64,000 bases of DNA, from assembly GCA_030390025.1 (NCBI GenBank), contig CM059432.1, positions 47,990,001 through 48,054,000 on the forward strand. The letters are read 5' to 3'. The DNA is from Squalus acanthias. Taxonomy: Eukaryota. A model generated the notes under the pieces. That model saw nothing but the letters and a program-made list of their open reading frames with translations, was not told the origin of the DNA and ran no database searches. The position numbers were made by a program, and so were the translations under genes. This document shows positions 62,064 through 64,000 of this stretch, one piece after another. How positions within the stretch are numbered: position 1 is the stretch's first letter; each line of letters opens with the position of its first letter.

Positions 62064-63852
62064 TTTTATTTGTTTATGGGATGTGGGCATCTCTGGCAAG
62101 GCCAACATTTATTACCCATCTCTAATTGCTCTTGAGAAGATGGTAGCCACCTTCTTGAACCACTGCAGTCCGTGTGGTGAAGGTACTCCCACAGTGCTGT
62201 TAGGGAGGGAGTTCCAGGATTTTGACCCAGCGATGATGAAGGAACAGCGATATATTTCCAAGTCAGGATGGTGTGTGACTTGGAGGTGATGGTGTTCCCA
62301 TGCACCTGCTGCCCTTGTCCTTCTAGTTGGAAGAGGTCGCAGGTTTGGGAGGTGCTGCCGAAGAAGCCTTGGCGAGTTGCTGCAGTGCATCTTGTAGATG
62401 GTGTACACTGCAGCCACGGTACGCTGGTGGTGGAGGGAGTGAATGTTTAAGGTGGTGGATGGGGTGCCAATCAATCGGGCTGCTTTGTCCTGGATGGTGT
62501 CGAACTTCTTAAGTGTTGTTGGAACTGCACTCATCCAGGCAAGTGGAGAGTATTCCATTACACTCCTTACTAGTGCCTTGTAGATGGTGGAAAGGCTTTG
62601 GGGAGTCAGGAGGTGAGACACTCGCCGCAGAATACCCAGCCTCTGACCTGCTCTTGTTGCCGCAGTATTTATGTGGCTGGTCCAGTTAAGTTTCTGGTCA
62701 ATGGTGACCCCCAGGATATAGATAGTGGGGTATTCGGTGATGGTAATGCCATTGAATCTCAAGGGGCGGTGGTTAGACTCTCGCTTGTTGGAGATAGTCA
62801 TTGCCTGGCACTTCTGTGGCATGAATGTTACCTGCCACTTATCAGTCCAAGCCTGAACGTCATCCAGGTCTTGTTGCAAGCGGGCATTTGTTTTAATTCA
62901 TTTTTTTATGGGATGTGGGCGTTGCTGGCAAGGCCAGCATTTATTGCCAATCGTTAGTTGCCCTTGAGAAGGTGGCGGTGAGCCGCCTTCTTGAACCGCT
63001 GCAGTCCGTGTGGTGAAGGTACTCCCACAGTGCTGTTAGGGAGGGAGTTCCAGGATTTTGACCCAGCGACGATGAAGGATCGGTGATATATTTTTAAGTC
63101 AGGATGATGTGTGACTTGGAGGGGAACTTGGAGGTGGTGGTGTTCCCATGCGTCTGCTGCCCTTGTCCTTCTAGGTGGAAGAGGTCGCAGGTTTGGAAGG
63201 TGCTGCCGAAGAAGCCTTGGCGAATTGCTGCAGTGCATCTTGTAGATGATACACACTGCAACCACGGTATGCCGGTGGTGGAAGGAGTGGATGTTTAAGG
63301 TGGTAGAGGGCGTGCCAATCAAGCGGGCTGCTTTCTCCTGGATGGTGTCGAGCTTCTTGAGTGTTGTTGGAGTTGCACTCATCCAGGCAAGTGGAGAGTA
63401 TTCCATCACACTCCTTATTGTGCATGGACTGCTTCATTATCTGAGGAGTTGTGAATGGCACTGAACACTGTGCAGTCATCAGTGAACATCCCCATTTTGA
63501 CCTTATGTTGGAGGGAAGGTCATTGATGGAGCAGCTGAAGATGGTTGGGCCTAGGACACTGCCCTGAGGAACTCCTGCAGCAATATCCTGGGGCTGTGAT
63601 GATTGACCTTCAACCACCACAACCATCTTCCTTTGTGCTAGGTATGACCCCAGCCAGTGGAGAGTTTTCTCCCCGATTCCCATTGACTTCAGGTCTACTA
63701 GGGCTCCTTGATGCCACACTCTGTCAAATGCTGACTTGATGTTTAGGGCAGTCACTCTCACCTCACCTCTGGAATTCAGCTCCTTAATCCATGTTTGGAC
63801 CAAGGCTGTAATGAGGTCGGGAACAGAGTGGTCTTGGCGAAACCCAAACTGG
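62064..63852 (-). mobile_element. Two tandem LINE-B 3' fragments (about 62064-62880 and 62889-63852)
   Basis: ORFs 62112-62879, 62954-63409 and 63171-63803; each copy has its own 3' tail. Confidence 0.92.
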
Positions 63853-64000
63853 GCTTCCCGATGGCTGCGAACCTCGCCAGGGTCAGCGAGGCGAGCAGTG
63901 GGTCTGCGGGGGTGAGAGAGATCGAAAAGTCTGCTGTGGAGGTGAGTGATGGGTGCAAGTGCGGAGAGGTAAGTATGAAAGGTGAGTGTAAAGTGTTAAA

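Overview
This is repeat-dominated vertebrate genomic DNA, most likely from a cartilaginous fish (shark). That call rests on DeuSINE/SacSINE1-like SINEs, HER1/CR1-like LINEs and Penelope-type repeats. No host protein-coding gene could be recognised with confidence; only a few splice-site-flanked exon candidates were seen. Essentially all long ORFs are decayed transposon genes. These include CR1, L2, RTE and a 'DRVWHQG'-type LINE, one Gypsy LTR element with both LTRs and a tRNA-Ser PBS, and two near full-length two-gene PIF/Harbinger transposons (DDE transposase plus a convergent, intron-containing Myb/SANT gene) with their deleted derivatives and MITEs. A hAT-like MITE, two solo LTRs and a 26-bp minisatellite are also present. 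The most notable observations are: (i) a 1267-bp solo LTR with TATA, a splice donor at about +51 and a long R-U5, reminiscent of foamy-virus LTR layout; (ii) minimal hammerhead-ribozyme cores in Penelope-like repeats, one split by a MITE at its cleavage site; (iii) Met-Gly-Ala starts shared by four diverged Harbinger transposases and a subterminal TTAGCGCC motif array; (iv) insertions nested four to five levels deep, reconstructable from TSDs. LINE and SINE boundaries without TSDs are approximate, and family names come from recalled motifs, not database searches.
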